Assembly (NCBI GenBank): GCA_947525005.1
Contig: CANNUY010000001.1
Location: forward strand, 321,379-385,378
DNA: 64,000 bases
Source of the DNA: an uncultured Candidatus Melainabacteria bacterium
GTDB taxonomy: Bacteria; Cyanobacteriota; Vampirovibrionia; Gastranaerophilales; Gastranaerophilaceae
Direction of reading: 5' to 3'
In this document: positions 36,701-51,700 of the stretch, piece after piece
Numbering within the stretch: the stretch's first letter is position 1
Layout of the letters: each line of letters begins with the position of its first letter
Notes under the pieces: generated by a model
Told to the model about the DNA's origin: nothing
Database searches by the model: none
The model's input: only the letters and a program-made list of their open reading frames with translations
Translations under genes and position numbers: made by a program

Positions 36701-39700
36701 AATAGTGATACTTGGCAAGGTAAGATTACCTTAGCTGGTGGTAGTAGTTTTGAATATTCTGATAATTCAGGTATTCCTCTTACATTAACTTCGTTATTGA
36801 TTGAAAGTACAGACGAAACTTCTACCTTCAAAAATATGGGCGTTGATATAGAATTAAGCAGTACTGATAGTTTAGCTGGATTTATGGCTAAATATTACCA
36901 ATATCAAGGTTCATTGACTTCTTCTACAAGTGCCTTGTTTGGCGGGGTTAAAGAATTTGAAGGTACAAGTGCAAAACATTCAGTTGCTATAATTACGGGT
37001 GAATTAATTGATTTGTCTGGTATTGTATTAAATAAATATGCAGATTTGAATGCCACACTTTCTAGTGGTGATATTGATAATAATGTTTTAGCTTTCACAG
37101 GTCGTAATTCAACAGCAACCTTTACTGGTGCAGGGATTGATTTAACAACTTATAATTTGGCTAATATCAGTATGATAGATAATACAAACAAGTTGACAAT
37201 TAAAGATGCAACAGTTACGTTTAAATCAGAAGATATTACTTTCAATACAGGTGTTTATAATTTTGAAAATGTTACAATGAAGCTCCAAGATGATGATAGT
37301 AAAATGAATACATATACATTTAATTATCTGACAGTTGGAGGTGTGAATAACACATTAGATTTGACTGTTGATATGGATTTAACAGCAAAAACGATTGACA
37401 ACTTGGTAATCAAAGCTACTGATTCTACAAAGACTCAAACAATTAGACTTTCTGATATCAATGTTATGAACATTCCAACAGGCACTTTAACAGGTGCAAT
37501 TGAGCTTACACTTTTGACAGTTTATAGACGTGGTATTACAGATATTACTGATAAAGTTAAATTGACTATATCTGATGATATTACTGATAGAACAACAACA
37601 GGTGGTGCTAGCGCTGAGGTATTTTGGAACTCAGTTTGGGCAACAAAATACGAGTACACTATTAAAACTGTTGAAAGTGGCGATTTCATGCTTTATAAAC
37701 TTGTGTGTTCTATCCAAGATTACAAAGATTTGTTAGACGAATTGAATATGTATGATTCAAGTGGTGTAACTAAAAAATTCATGTATGATAACAAAAAAGC
37801 TGAAGAAACATATGAAATGAATGTTGACTTACATGATATGGTTGGTACTCTTCAAATTCTAGGTCTTGAAGGTGGACAAAGAGCAAATTATATAATTGAT
37901 GCTAAATCGCACTCTATGTTCAAATTTTCTTCAAGTTCTACAAATATACAAGATTTGTTGATAAAAGATATGACAATCAAAAACGCATTGTCTACAACCA
38001 CTTATGGTTCAGTTGTTAATATGAATAACTCATTAGCAGGTGCAACCTCAAAGGTAACGATTTCAAATGCTATTATCACTACATCAGGAACAAATACAGA
38101 ATACGGTGGTGCTATTTATCATAATATTGGTACATTAGACATTTCAAATACAACGATATCTAATAACTATATCGCATCAACAACTTCTGGTTATGGTGGT
38201 GCAATATACAAATCTAATAATACAGATGCAGTTTTAACTTTAACAAATGTTAAATTTACAGGTAACTATATTACTTATGCTGACGGTATTGGTGTTGGTG
38301 CAGCAATATATACAGCAGGTGATATTACAATCAAAGCCGATAACAGAAAGAGTTCAGATTTCACAGGAAACTATGTTCGTGGTGCTGACAACTCTCAAGT
38401 TTCTAATGCAATATTTGTTGCAACAACTACAACTACATCACCAACTATCAATTTAGTAGTTGATAATGGTACAATCAATTTTGCTGATGCAATCACTGGT
38501 GGTAGAATTTCAGGTAACAATGTTTATTATGAAAATCAATATAATATAGATATATCTGGTGTCGGTACAGTAAACTTTACAGGTGGTATTACAAATGCTT
38601 ATGTAAAAGTGACAAGTCCTGCATCTGTTGTAGGTAATAAACTAAATACTACATTTAGGGGTGTTTATGAATATACTAATATCAATCTAACAGGTGATAA
38701 TCTTGTTAGTTTAACAAGTTTAAATATCTCAAATGCTTCTTTAGGTAACAATCCTGCAATCTATTCTGATGGTGGACAAATCACAATAAATGGTGTGAAT
38801 GTACACGATAATAAAGCAGGTGGTATATATATACAAAATGCAGGTGTTTCATTTGGTGCACCTACAAATATAAATACTTTTAATTCAAACAAAATTACTA
38901 CAAGCACAGCTACATTGAAAGGTGCTGCTTTAACATTGATTGATTCTGTAGTAAATAATGGTAACAAAATCTTGAGAGGTGATTTTAAAAATAACTCACT
39001 TTCATCAAATACATCATCAGCTTTAGGTGGTGCAATATATATTGAAGGTGGAGATGCTTATATCACTCTTGTTTCAGATTTGATTGGTAACAGTGCTCAA
39101 ACATCAAGCACAATAAACAAAGCTCTTGGTGGTGCAATATTTACCAATCTAGATTTGACGCTTAGCGCTAATGCTAACAAATCAGAAATTACAATACAAG
39201 GAAACTATACTCAAAGTGGTTCTGAAAAAGTTTATAACGCTATTTTCTTAGCAAATGGTGCAGAACTTATTATGAACTCTGAAGCTGCAAACGGCATTAT
39301 TAATATATACGATACTATTGAAGCAGGTTATGTTGGTGATAGCATTGGTGATGTTACAGATGTTACTTATAACGCTGATGCTAAATCACAAGTTACTATA
39401 CTTGGTGCTGCTAATACTTCAAGAATTAATATCTATAACAAATTTATTAATACAGATATTACATCAAATACTGTTTCTCTTGTATTTGATGGTTCAAGTA
39501 AGAATAACGTTGAACTTGGTGATGGTGTTGAACAAAGTGATTTGTTGAATACAAGCCACAATTCAGCTTATTCAACTTTAACAGTTAATAGTGGTAATTT
39601 ATATTTGAAAAATATGATTATCAATAAAGCTGATCAGGTTCTTAATATTTCAAATGGTGTTAATACAACTATTCTAAATTCTATAATCAATATGCAGGAT

Positions 39701-42700
39701 ACTGGAAATGTTCAATTCTCTACATTAAATCTTGGCAAGCTTTCTTCAGATGCATCTTCTATTTATAAGATTGATTTCCAATTTGAAGATGGTATTGTTT
39801 CTTGGGATAAGTTTGATGTTGATGCAACATCAACAGGTACATTAACTTTAGACATCAACTTTATTGCTGGTGATAATAAATATATCACAACAGGTGAATA
39901 TACAATTATTAATACTGAAAGCAATATCAAGCTTGCTTTATCAGAATATACAAAACAACACGGTGTTTGGAACTACAAAATTGAAAGAAACACTGTAAAT
40001 TATGATGATTATATTGGTAGTAAATCAGCAGATGTTTTAGGTAACAAACTTATTATTTCTGAACAAAAAGAAGATACTTTATTAGCAATTCTTAAATACG
40101 GAAATGGTAAGAATAATGATGATACTCCAGAAAACCCTGATTATAACGTAAACGATCCGACAACAAATATCAGATACTTTACATTTAATGGTGGAACAAG
40201 AGATAAAGTTTATTATTTAACAAGTGATGTAAGAAGTGATGAACCATTACCTGCAGGTATTTTATATATAAAAGGTAATGAAAATAAAGGTGGAACAGTT
40301 TCTAACGATGTAATTGACGGTTCTTATGTTACTCATGTTGACGGTGGTGATGATATTGTTGGAAATTATGCGTTATTCAATATCCAAAAGGATACTGAAA
40401 ACCCTAATAGAAAGATTACAATTGATATTAGCAATTTGACAATTCAAAATATTGGTATATATACTAATTTGGGTTCATCTGTAGTTACATTAAATGATGA
40501 AAATGCGACTGTTAGAATGAACAAGGTTATATTATTAGATAACCTTGGTAACGCTATTTTGAACAATGCTGGTTATGTTGAACTTAATTCAGTTACTTTT
40601 GCCGCACCAACTGATCCAACAAAGGATATTAATAATATAAGTAACTCAGCAAATAAACAAGATGAAAGCGGAAATGTAACTCAAGGGCTTTATGCAAAAC
40701 AATCTGAATTCAATGTTAATATATTTAACGCAGGTTTGTTTAAATCAGAAGTATCAAATTTCTATTCAAATATTACAAACAATGGAACTATTATCTTTGC
40801 AGGTACTGGTAACCAATTTGTGTCACTTGACCCTGACAAACAAATAACATTGTCTGCAAGTAGAGGTAATGGTACTTTAGATATTTTATCAGGTGCAAGT
40901 TTGATTCTTGGTACAAATGCAACTATATCTACAAACCAAATTGTTAAGATTAGAAACGGTTCAGAATTAGCATTGAATGGTGGTACATTATTCCTTGAAA
41001 ATAATGATATATTTGAAGCAGGTGGTGTACTTAGCAGTAAGTTAGAAAATTCAACATCAACTGTTTTAAATTATGATGTTGCATTGAATGCTTCTACACC
41101 ACGTCCGATTTATGATACTGAAGGTAATATGCAGTTTGAAAGAGGTTATTTTGATTTCGAATCAGGTACAATCAATATCGGTATAACTCAAGCTACAACT
41201 CTTTATGTTACTGAACTTGATACAATCGCTCAAGCTGTTGTATTAAATATGAACCGTGCTGATAGTATATTAGAAATTTATAATCACCACGATGATTCAA
41301 CGGCTATATATATTGATCTTGGAAAAGTTGCTGATGGTGCTGATTCTTGGAACGATGGTACAATTTCATTACATAATTCTACTTTGGTTATGACTCCGAT
41401 TGACCCAGCTGATAGAGATAATTCTCAATTTAGATTTACTACTCAAATCTTGTATGGTGATGAAACATCAATATTTAAGAATATCAATTCTGATATTGCT
41501 ATTGCAAACTCACAAAAATCAGGTTTCTTTGGTGAATATATCCAAGAAGGTGACGATGCCGTAACAACAATTTATGCAACAGGTTCGTTCTGGGGCTATA
41601 ATAAAGTTACTAATGAGGATGGTTCTACAACAGTGAGTGTTGCTAAAAAATCAATTAAAGGTGGCTTAGTTGATATTATTTGTTCAAGTGCATTAGAAAA
41701 CAACGAAACTGTTAGCAACATTGATTTGTATTCAGGTGTATCACTTAAAATTGGTGCTTTAGGTGGGGTAATAGATAAAAATATCTTCAAATTTGCTTCA
41801 GGAGCTTCAAACGCTACTGCTAACTTCTATTTCAACTCAAATGTTGTAGATGAGAATATATACTTTATGTTAAACCCTATTAACAATAATAGTAGCAATA
41901 CTATTGTTATGGGTTCAGATGATTTCATTACAAATGTTCGTCTAGGATTTGATAAAGATAAATTAAAATTCTCATTTGGTGAAAATGCTGCTGGTGCAAC
42001 AACATACAAGTTCGTTAATTCTGTTCTTAACTTGACAAAAGAAAGTGAAATTTTCGCAGATGTAACATCATCAAAAATTACTGATTTCAATACATATACA
42101 TTTGCATATTTAGATGTTGATGAAAATACTGTTATTCATTTAGATTTAGACCTTGCAACAGAAGACAAGTATAGTGTTTCTGATGTTATTCAATTGTTGG
42201 GTGTTTTGACAGATGATGCAGGAGCTCCTGTTGAAAAAGAAATGAAGATTTATTTCCATATAACAGAACCTTCTAAAATCTCTGATGAACAAAGTCGTGT
42301 TATTGAAATTCTAACAGGCGCAGGTGCTTCTTCATACAATATTAAGATAGCAAATGACCCAGAAGATATTAAATGGACTTATTCAGTTGGCTCTTATATT
42401 GTTGATGGTGCTGCACAAGTTAGTTATGATACATTTATGGGCACAAAATCACTTGATACATTCGATAAAAACGGTGATGGTAAGGACGATTCTGTTGAAT
42501 TGACAAGTAATCAAGAAGATACATTACGTGCTGTGAATGTATATGAATATTGTGATGTTAAATACTTCAACTTTAGAACAAAAGATGATCCTGTTGATGC
42601 AGTAATTGAAGATGTAAGAGTTTATAAATTAATTGATAATTTAGGTGTAACTAAAAAACAATTAAACATTGTTGGTATAAATAGAGAAAGTAGTATAATA

Positions 42701-45700
42701 GATGGTTGTGCAAACCTTGACCCAGAAGGTGATCCTGATGCAAATAAAGGTTTCACAATGTTCCAAGTTACAAATGCAGCTACTATTCTTAATATATCTG
42801 ATGTGACAATTAAAAATGCTGATCTTGGCGATGGAACAGATAATTCTGATAAAGCATCTGTTATGTATATTACAGGTTCAAATGCTAATGTTACATTGAA
42901 AAATGTTACATTTGTCAATAACGAAGGTGTTGTTGATGTTGATGCTGCTGCTGGTACTATAAACGCTACTTCTGCAGCTATTTATAACTCTAGTAATTTG
43001 ACAATGACAAATGTTAAATTCAATTCAGGTACAAACGATCAAATCGCTAACAATATTATTAATGACGCTGGCACTATTTATATCAATTCTGAGGGTAATG
43101 AACCTAACATATTTGGTTCATATATCACAAACACTGCAACTGGTAGAATTACGTTCCAAACTGATTCATATTCTCAGTTGACATCTACGATGATAAATGA
43201 CAATGCAAATGCTCAAATAACAATCGACACTGGCGCTGAATTAGCTATGGACGGTGCATCTAAGATTATGTTGAATGACGGTCGTATGTTTGTATATGGT
43301 AAAATTACTTCTAATTCAGGTAATATAGTAATTTCAAAAGATGCTACATTAACTCTAAGAGGTGAAGATTCAAAAATTTCTGACTTTATCAACATAGATG
43401 TTATGGGTAGTTTGGTTGTAGATAATAATACGGTATCAGAAGATAATAATACGGGTGAAATCAATTATGGTTTAGTTTTAGGCGATGGTGACAGCTTGAT
43501 TAATGACGGTAATACAATGACTGGTAATGTAGAGCTTAGCAGTAATGGTGTTCTTTCATTAAGAAGAGGTTTGAAAGATGCAGTAGATGACGACGATACT
43601 ACATTATTAACTTTGAATAATTCTCAAATCAAGGGTTCTGATACTTCAATTCTGTATAACGGTCGTTCTCAATATGATGACGGTTTGACTATCAAAGTTG
43701 TTTCTGATGAAGCTGGATTTGCTGGTACTTATTATCAGTATGGTCGTTCTTCAAAATTGATAATTGGTTATGAAACAGATAAAGATGATCCTAAAACAAT
43801 TACAAGTAGAGGTACTATATTTAGTGGCGCAAAATACATAGATGAGGGTTCTTCATTAGACGTTTATGCAAACACAATAAACTATAGTAAAGTGTTACTT
43901 GGAACTGATGCAAAATATACTCACTATGCTATGTCTACTCAAGGTGGAACTATTGATAATAACTTATTAACTTTCTTCAAGTCAGGTGCGACAGCGACAT
44001 TCACTTATGATGATACTCAAATTGCTGGTCCTGCTCCAGATGCTGACCCTACTACTTTGACTGATGCTGAAAAATTCCCTGTAACTTATAATCTATATTC
44101 AATAGCATCATCAGCTGGTATTACAACAGAAAGAATTTATAATAATATCGTCTTTAGTAAGGTTCAAGTAAACTTTGCAAATACTGATTATACAGGTCAT
44201 AATGCTTATACTTTCAATGATTCATTATTGAACTTTATGGAAAACACAGAATCAGCAGATTATAGAACATACAAATTCACAAAAGCAACTTTCAATAATA
44301 CTGAAATGAATATTGATATAGACCTTGTTTCAGGTAATTCAGATAAGATTGAAATTGCAGCAGGTGGTGAAGCAACTGGTGTTATTACTATTACAGGTTT
44401 GAATTTGGTTAAGTTTGACCCTTCTCAACAAGGTACTTATCAAATTATTGTGAATGGTAGCAATAATTTCTATTTACAATTGAGTGATAAACTTACTACA
44501 GACCAATCTGGTTACACTTGGGATTATAAAATCGATGAAAATGCACCGATTGTTTATAATTCTCAATTCATCGGTAAGAAAGGTATTGATGTAGCTACAA
44601 AAGAAACTTATCAAGATAGTATTAGAATTTATAATGAACAACAAGATACACTTTCTGCAATTAGTACTTTTGTAAGTGATTTAGAAAGAAGATTTGTGTT
44701 TGATGAGTCTGTAAATCAAACATATAGCTTGATTTCTGATGTCGGAGTCGTATCTGCAGGTACTTTGACAGTTCAAGGTAATATTAATAGAGATAGTATT
44801 ATTGATGGTGAATACGTTGGAACAGACGGCAATGTTGCACACCATTCAATGTTTAATATTACAGATGTTACAGAAAAAGACGGTGCTGTAACTAAAAATC
44901 CAGTTAATTTAACAATAAACAATGTTTCAATCCAAAATGCAGGTGTTATTGGTGAAACAGGTGCTTCTGCATTATATATCAATAACGCAGATTCAACTGT
45001 AACTTTGAACAGAGTTACTTTAAGAAATAACGACCAACGTGCTATAAGCAATATTATGGGTATTTTATCACTTAAGAATGTTACATTTGAAGAAGCTGAT
45101 TATGGAAACACATTGTATAATACAGGTTTGGTTGTAACTTCTGGTTCAAACGTGTTTAATACAGTTATTACAAACGAAGTTAAATCAAATACTGCTCCTG
45201 AAAATACTACATTGACAAATATGTTGCCAAATAACTTCAATGTTGCTGCTCCTGACGTTACATTTATAACTACTGGTATCAACGAGTTTAATGCTGATAT
45301 CGTAAATAATGCAACAATCCAGTTTGCAGGTACTGATGATTCTTTGATGAATATTAAAGGTAGAGGTACTGTATACTTTAGTGGTAAAGCTACTTTATAC
45401 GGTGATATTGATAACGATATCGTAATAAAGGTTTCTCCAAACGGTCAGCTTATACTTTCTGGTATGGAAGAACAAATTGAAGATGGTGAAGGTAATGTTA
45501 CTTCAACGAATTTCATACCTTCTTCTATAACTTTAGACTTTGTTAACGGTGGTGATCTTTGGGATCCTGAAGGAAAAATCACTTTAGATGGTGGTATATT
45601 TGAATTCTATGGACGTGATGCAGCTGAAGGTGCTGGTATTGATGATAAGAAGGGTATGAATGGTTACTTCTCATCAACTACAAGAGGTGGAGTTTTAAAT

Positions 45701-48700
45701 ATTAACAGTGGTTTATTCGTTGTTAAAAACGCTTCAACTTCAACTGCTGAAAGAAAAGATTTGGTTGATGAAGTAGAAGTTACAATCAATAAAGGCGCAA
45801 GATTACTTGTTACAGGTTATGAAGTTGTTAATTTCGGTACTGATGATACAATCCACGAAGGTGCTGAAATCGAACTTGTTGATAACGCTAAATTTATATT
45901 AAATGGTATTACATATATCAATGAAAATGGTGATGAATTACACGATTTAAGATTAGATAATGATGATTTTGTTTCAGGTGACTCTAAGACAGCTAGATTT
46001 ATAAACAATGGTATAAACATAGTAATTGCAAGTAATCAATCTAATTATCAAGGTATATATGAACAAAACAATGACGCTGTAATAAACGTATTAGCTGGTG
46101 GTGCTATATTCGGTGGCGATAAATATATTAATAGTGGTGAATTATCTATTGATGCTGATACAATAAATTATACAGGTATTTATCTAGGTAATAATGTAAA
46201 ATTCACAAACACTATAAATTCTGCTGATAATGTTGCTCAGATTACTACAAATGGTGCTACTCCTGATGTAGCAGGTGTTTTAAACTTTATTGGTGAAGGT
46301 GCAGTTGCTATATTTGGTAACAGTACTCCTAATGCTAAATATGCTAAATATGAATTAGCTAACAATATTGAAAATGACAAAACAAATACTATCAAATTTG
46401 AAAATTCAGAAGTGAGATTGACTGCTACTGGTACTCCTCAAAATGGCAGATTAGCTCATAATTATACAGGTTCTACAATCTATCAATTTAATAATTCATA
46501 TATCAATTTAACAGATTATGAATTGGCTGATTTTATTGATGGTAAAGTAAATGCACCTGCTGGAAATGATGCTGATGGAAATGCTGGCGCAGGTGCTGTA
46601 AAAGGTACTTGTGATATCTTCCAGTTCACAAATCTTGTTACTGATAAGGACGATATAAATAAAACATATATTGCAATGGACATTGATTTCAAGAATAGAG
46701 TTTCAGATTCTTTTGTTATTAAATCATTAAACTCATCTGGTTATTTATATATTGATGCTATAAATATTATGACTGAGCCTGTAAAAGATGATGGTCAAGA
46801 CCCTTATATACCATTAAGAATAATTCAATATGATAATTCATTGTTAGCAGGTTATACAGCAGAACAATTATTATCTGGAGAAGGATTGAACTTGGTTGAG
46901 TTAGTTCTAACTCACGAAGGTGGTTATGTTTGGGAATCAAACATTGATGATACATATACTGATCCTCAAGGTAACGTACTTGTAGATTATACAAACTTTA
47001 TCGGTTCAAAAACTCTTGTTATTACATCAATTGTTACTAAAAATGATGGATTAGCATTTAATTACGACAGAAAAGATTTGTTGAAAACTGTAAACGAATA
47101 TGTTGTAAAAGACACTGAAAAAAATACAAAGACTTTCCAATTCAATGATGCAGGTCAGATTTATACTATGAGTGATAATTCTGGTGAATCAGGTGAAGGT
47201 AAATTCATCATTAAAGGTTTTGATGAAGGTTCAACAATTGATGCAGTTGGACAATATTCATTATTCAATATGAGAAATGTTACTGATATGAGTGTTGATA
47301 ACATAACCTTTACTAATGCAGTATTGATTGACGACGACAAAGCAACCTCTGTATTCTATATTAATAATACTAAGATAACTCTTGCATTAAACAATGTTGT
47401 ATTTAGAAATAACAAAGGATATGCATTATATAATAACGGTTCTTCAAATGTAACATTACAAGACGTTACTTTTGAAGCTGTTGATAAAGATGATTTAGTT
47501 ACTACAGACAACTCAATCTATAATAATCGTGGTATGATTTCAATAACCACATCAGCAGATGATAAAGAAAACCTTTTTGCTACAAATATAAGTAACGCTC
47601 GTGACGGTATATTTAATGTAGCTGGCACTAATACATTTAGTGGTGCAATTATCAACTACGGAACAATGAATATGGGTGGTACAACTACTATACAGGGTGA
47701 ATTGACTCATAATAGTGGTTTGTTGTCATTCGCTGATAAGGTTACTGTAACTGGTATATTGACTAACAAATCTAATATTTCAGTTGAATCTACAGGTGAT
47801 GATATAGAAACAGTATTTATGAACACAATTAATAACTTTGGTACTATTTCTATCGGCGGTAATGCTAAATTGCAATCAGAAGTTATTCCTGATATAAATT
47901 CGCCATCTGTTATTCAAGTAAATGAAGCAGGTGTATTTACTATTTATACAGATGGTAAAGTTACTAAAGGTAATAATTTAGTATTTAAAAACGGTTCTAC
48001 TGTTAATGTTGATGACGGTGTTTTAGAAATCGATGAGAATGATACAATTTCTGGTGAAATTGTGTTAGGTGCAAGTCTTAATGGTTTGCCTGTTGATCAT
48101 AGTGTTATCAATTACTATGGTTCAAAAAATTATTTTGAACAAGGTAGAAAATATACATTGAACTCTGGTACATTTAATTTGTTAGGTGGTATTTGGAGAA
48201 TATATGAAGGTGATACATTCGCACTAAATCCGCGTTATGATTTAGTGATTAATCTTACAGAAGGCGAAATGCAATTGATGGCTTTCGGTGAAACCTTTGT
48301 GTTAAATGGTAAGGACACATGGACAAATTCTGTTGTTGCTTTGTCTAATTCTGCTTTAGAAATTGGAGTTGGTTTAAATGCTAATTCTTCATTGAATTTA
48401 TCTAAAGATGCTCAATTATATAATAATGATGATCCTGATGGAAATAAATCTTCACTTACAAATACTGGTGTTGACTTGACTATCAGCGCAGATATGAGTG
48501 AATTTGATGGTAAATATACTCAATCAAAAGATGTTGAGGCCAATAGAGTTCCTTCATTGACTGTAACTGAAAACGGTCTTGTATTTGGTGGTGAAAAAGA
48601 AATTCAATCAGGTTCTGTAAATATCACTACAAATGGTAAAATTTATTATAATAACTTCAATATTGTTGGTGCAAAAGATGACAAAGTAACCTTTACAACT

Positions 48701-51700
48701 GCATCAACTGGTGGGGTTATTGACGATACTATAATCAAATTTACAGGTGAGTCTGCTACTGCAACATTTACAAATTATGTACCAGCACAGGCTGGTGATA
48801 CTGTTCAAGATGGTGATACTGTTCAAGCTGATACAAAAGCTAATTATGAATTAGGTAATTTTGATATGGCTAATGGTGGTACATCTACTACAATTATCTT
48901 TGAAAATTCAAATATTGTTCTAACAACCACTGATTACAGTACTATTTCAGCATATCAATTTAATAATTCTGTTATTGATATGCAAAAAGATGTAGATTCT
49001 ATCTTTAATCAATATAATTTTGCTAAATTAAACAATAGTAATTCTACATACAAAATTGATGTTGATTTATCTAAATTTACAGCAAATACAATGATTGATA
49101 TAGCTTCTCAAACAGATGATAATAGAGTTTCTGACTTAATTGTTATAAACGATGCAAATTCTGTTGGAAATATAGTTATTTCTGATATCAACTTCCTTAA
49201 TACATTAGATCCAAAAGCTCTTGGTGTTGTACAAATACTTTCAACTCCAACGGCTAATGTTGGTCTTGAATTATCAGAAGAAGTAGCTAATAAAGTTTGG
49301 TATTATCAAATAACAGATAGAAAATTTGTTCAAACTGGTAATACTGTATCGATTGATTCTAATGAATTCTTGGGTGAAAAATCATTAAGCGTAACTAAAT
49401 ATGGAGTTGATTCTTTAGCAAACGATAGTTTGAGAATTGATGTACTGAAATATTATGATGTATTGAGAGAAATCAATATGTATGATGCTGGCGAAGATGT
49501 TATCAGAATCTTTAATATGGTTAAAGATGATGCTCAAGCTGGTAATGGTGGTAATGATGCAGGTGCTGACGATGCAGTAGTTACAACAGGTGCTGTTTAT
49601 ACTCTAAAGAAAAGCACAGGTAGTACTGCCGTTGGAACAATGAACGTTGTTGGTACGTTAGGTGCTGATAATGCAGTAATTGATATCATTAATGCTGACA
49701 ATCATTCAATGTTTGTTGTTGATAAAGACGGAACTAAATTGAATATTTCTAATGTTTCAATAAATGGTGCAAACAATGTTGATGACGATGGAGTTACCTT
49801 GAATGCATCAGTTATTGATATATCTTCAGCATTAGCTACTGTAACTTTGGAAAATGTAGTATTTTCTCAAAATAAAGATGATGCTGTATACAACGCAGGT
49901 TCATTAAATATGTACAATGTTGTGTTTAATACAGGTGGCATGTTGAGTGCAAACTCATTTAGAAACGCTGGTATTGCAAAATTGTATGGTACAAACGAGT
50001 TTGCAAGTGATGTTGATAACTCTGGAACAATCAATGTTCAAGAAACAACTAACCCTAAATATACTGATGATGTTAAAAATACATTTAATATTGTTACAAA
50101 CTCAGGTCATATGTACTTTAATGCAGGCGAAGTAGAATTCTTGGGTAATGTTAATAATACGGGTGATATTAAATTATATGTAAAAGCACTTATTTCAGCA
50201 CAAATTACAGGTAACGGTACTTTGTATATTCAAGGTGTTGTGCCAACAGCTGAAAATGCTGATGTGGTTTCAACGGTTGTAAGTGCAACTGGTAATATCA
50301 CAGAGGATGTTGCTATAGACTTAGATGAAAACGGTATTTTACAACTACTTGGTGGTAAGGCTACGTTTAATTCTAATGATAATTGGAAAGGTACAGTTCT
50401 TTTAGATGATGATCCAGATACTCAAACTGGTGCAACTATGGTATTCAAAGATTTGACATCAAATGGTTCTATAACATCTACAACTACTGGTAAATTATCT
50501 ATCGAGTCATCAGGTGCTGAAACTATCTTTACATTGGAAAAAGGTAGCTTGTTGAACGATGAATTACAACTTTCAATCGGTCAAAATACAAAATTGAAAC
50601 TTGATAATTATATTGATGATCAAGATGCTATGCAAGTATTGACTCTTAGTGCAGGTGATACTTGGAACGGTACAATCGAACTTGTTGGTTCTTCATTGAA
50701 AACAACTTCTGATTTGGTTGCAAATTCTAATTTTGAATTTGCGTTTAATAATCAGTTGATTGGTGACGAAGCTTCTATATATGAAAACAGTGGATTAAAT
50801 CTTGTTATTAGAAAAGATCTTTCATTATTTAAAGGTACATATAATCAAACAGCAGATGCTAACAATCAAGGTGGACAAGTTAATCCAGATGGTGCACCTC
50901 AAGCTAATGCTGGAAGCTTGACAGTTTATATGAACAATTATGGTGATAATGAAAACAATAATGGTAAGATGTTTACTGGTACTAAGAATATTAATAGTGG
51001 TACAGTTACTATTTATGATGGTGGAACAAATTACTATAACGAAAAAGATAAAACTGCATATTACGGTGGATTTGTACTAGGTGCTAATACTCAATATACA
51101 AACTATTCTGCAGGTGGTTCTGTAAAATCAGATATCGTTAAATTTGCTGATGCTGGAACAGGTGCAGTTGCTTTATTTACTAATTTGACAGATTCTAAGG
51201 AATCAGCTAATGCTGAATACAATCTTCACGCATATACATCAACTGGTGAAAATATAATCAGTTTTAGAAATTCAAATGTTACTTTAAAAGATACTGATTA
51301 TTCTGACAAAACTAATTATACTTTTGGTTTGAATACATTGGTTAACACTCAAGATAACGAGTTGAAATCATATAATTTTGAAACATTGACACTTACTGAT
51401 AATGCTAAATTCAATATTGATATTGATATGAAAAAAGTTGTCGATGGTGCTAAATTCCCAGTTCCAGCAGATGATACTGCTGATGTTGTTGCTGATACAT
51501 TCAAAGTTGGCGCTAACTCAGCTGGTAACTTCATCATATCTGATATTAACTTTAAAGACTTTGATATAAACCACTCATTAGGTATTATTCAAATATTGTC
51601 TGGTGCATCAGATAAAATCTCATTAGTATTAGATGCAACATACAAAGCTAATAAAACTTGGGCACAACAAATTAAAGATGATTGTTTAGATGCAGAAACA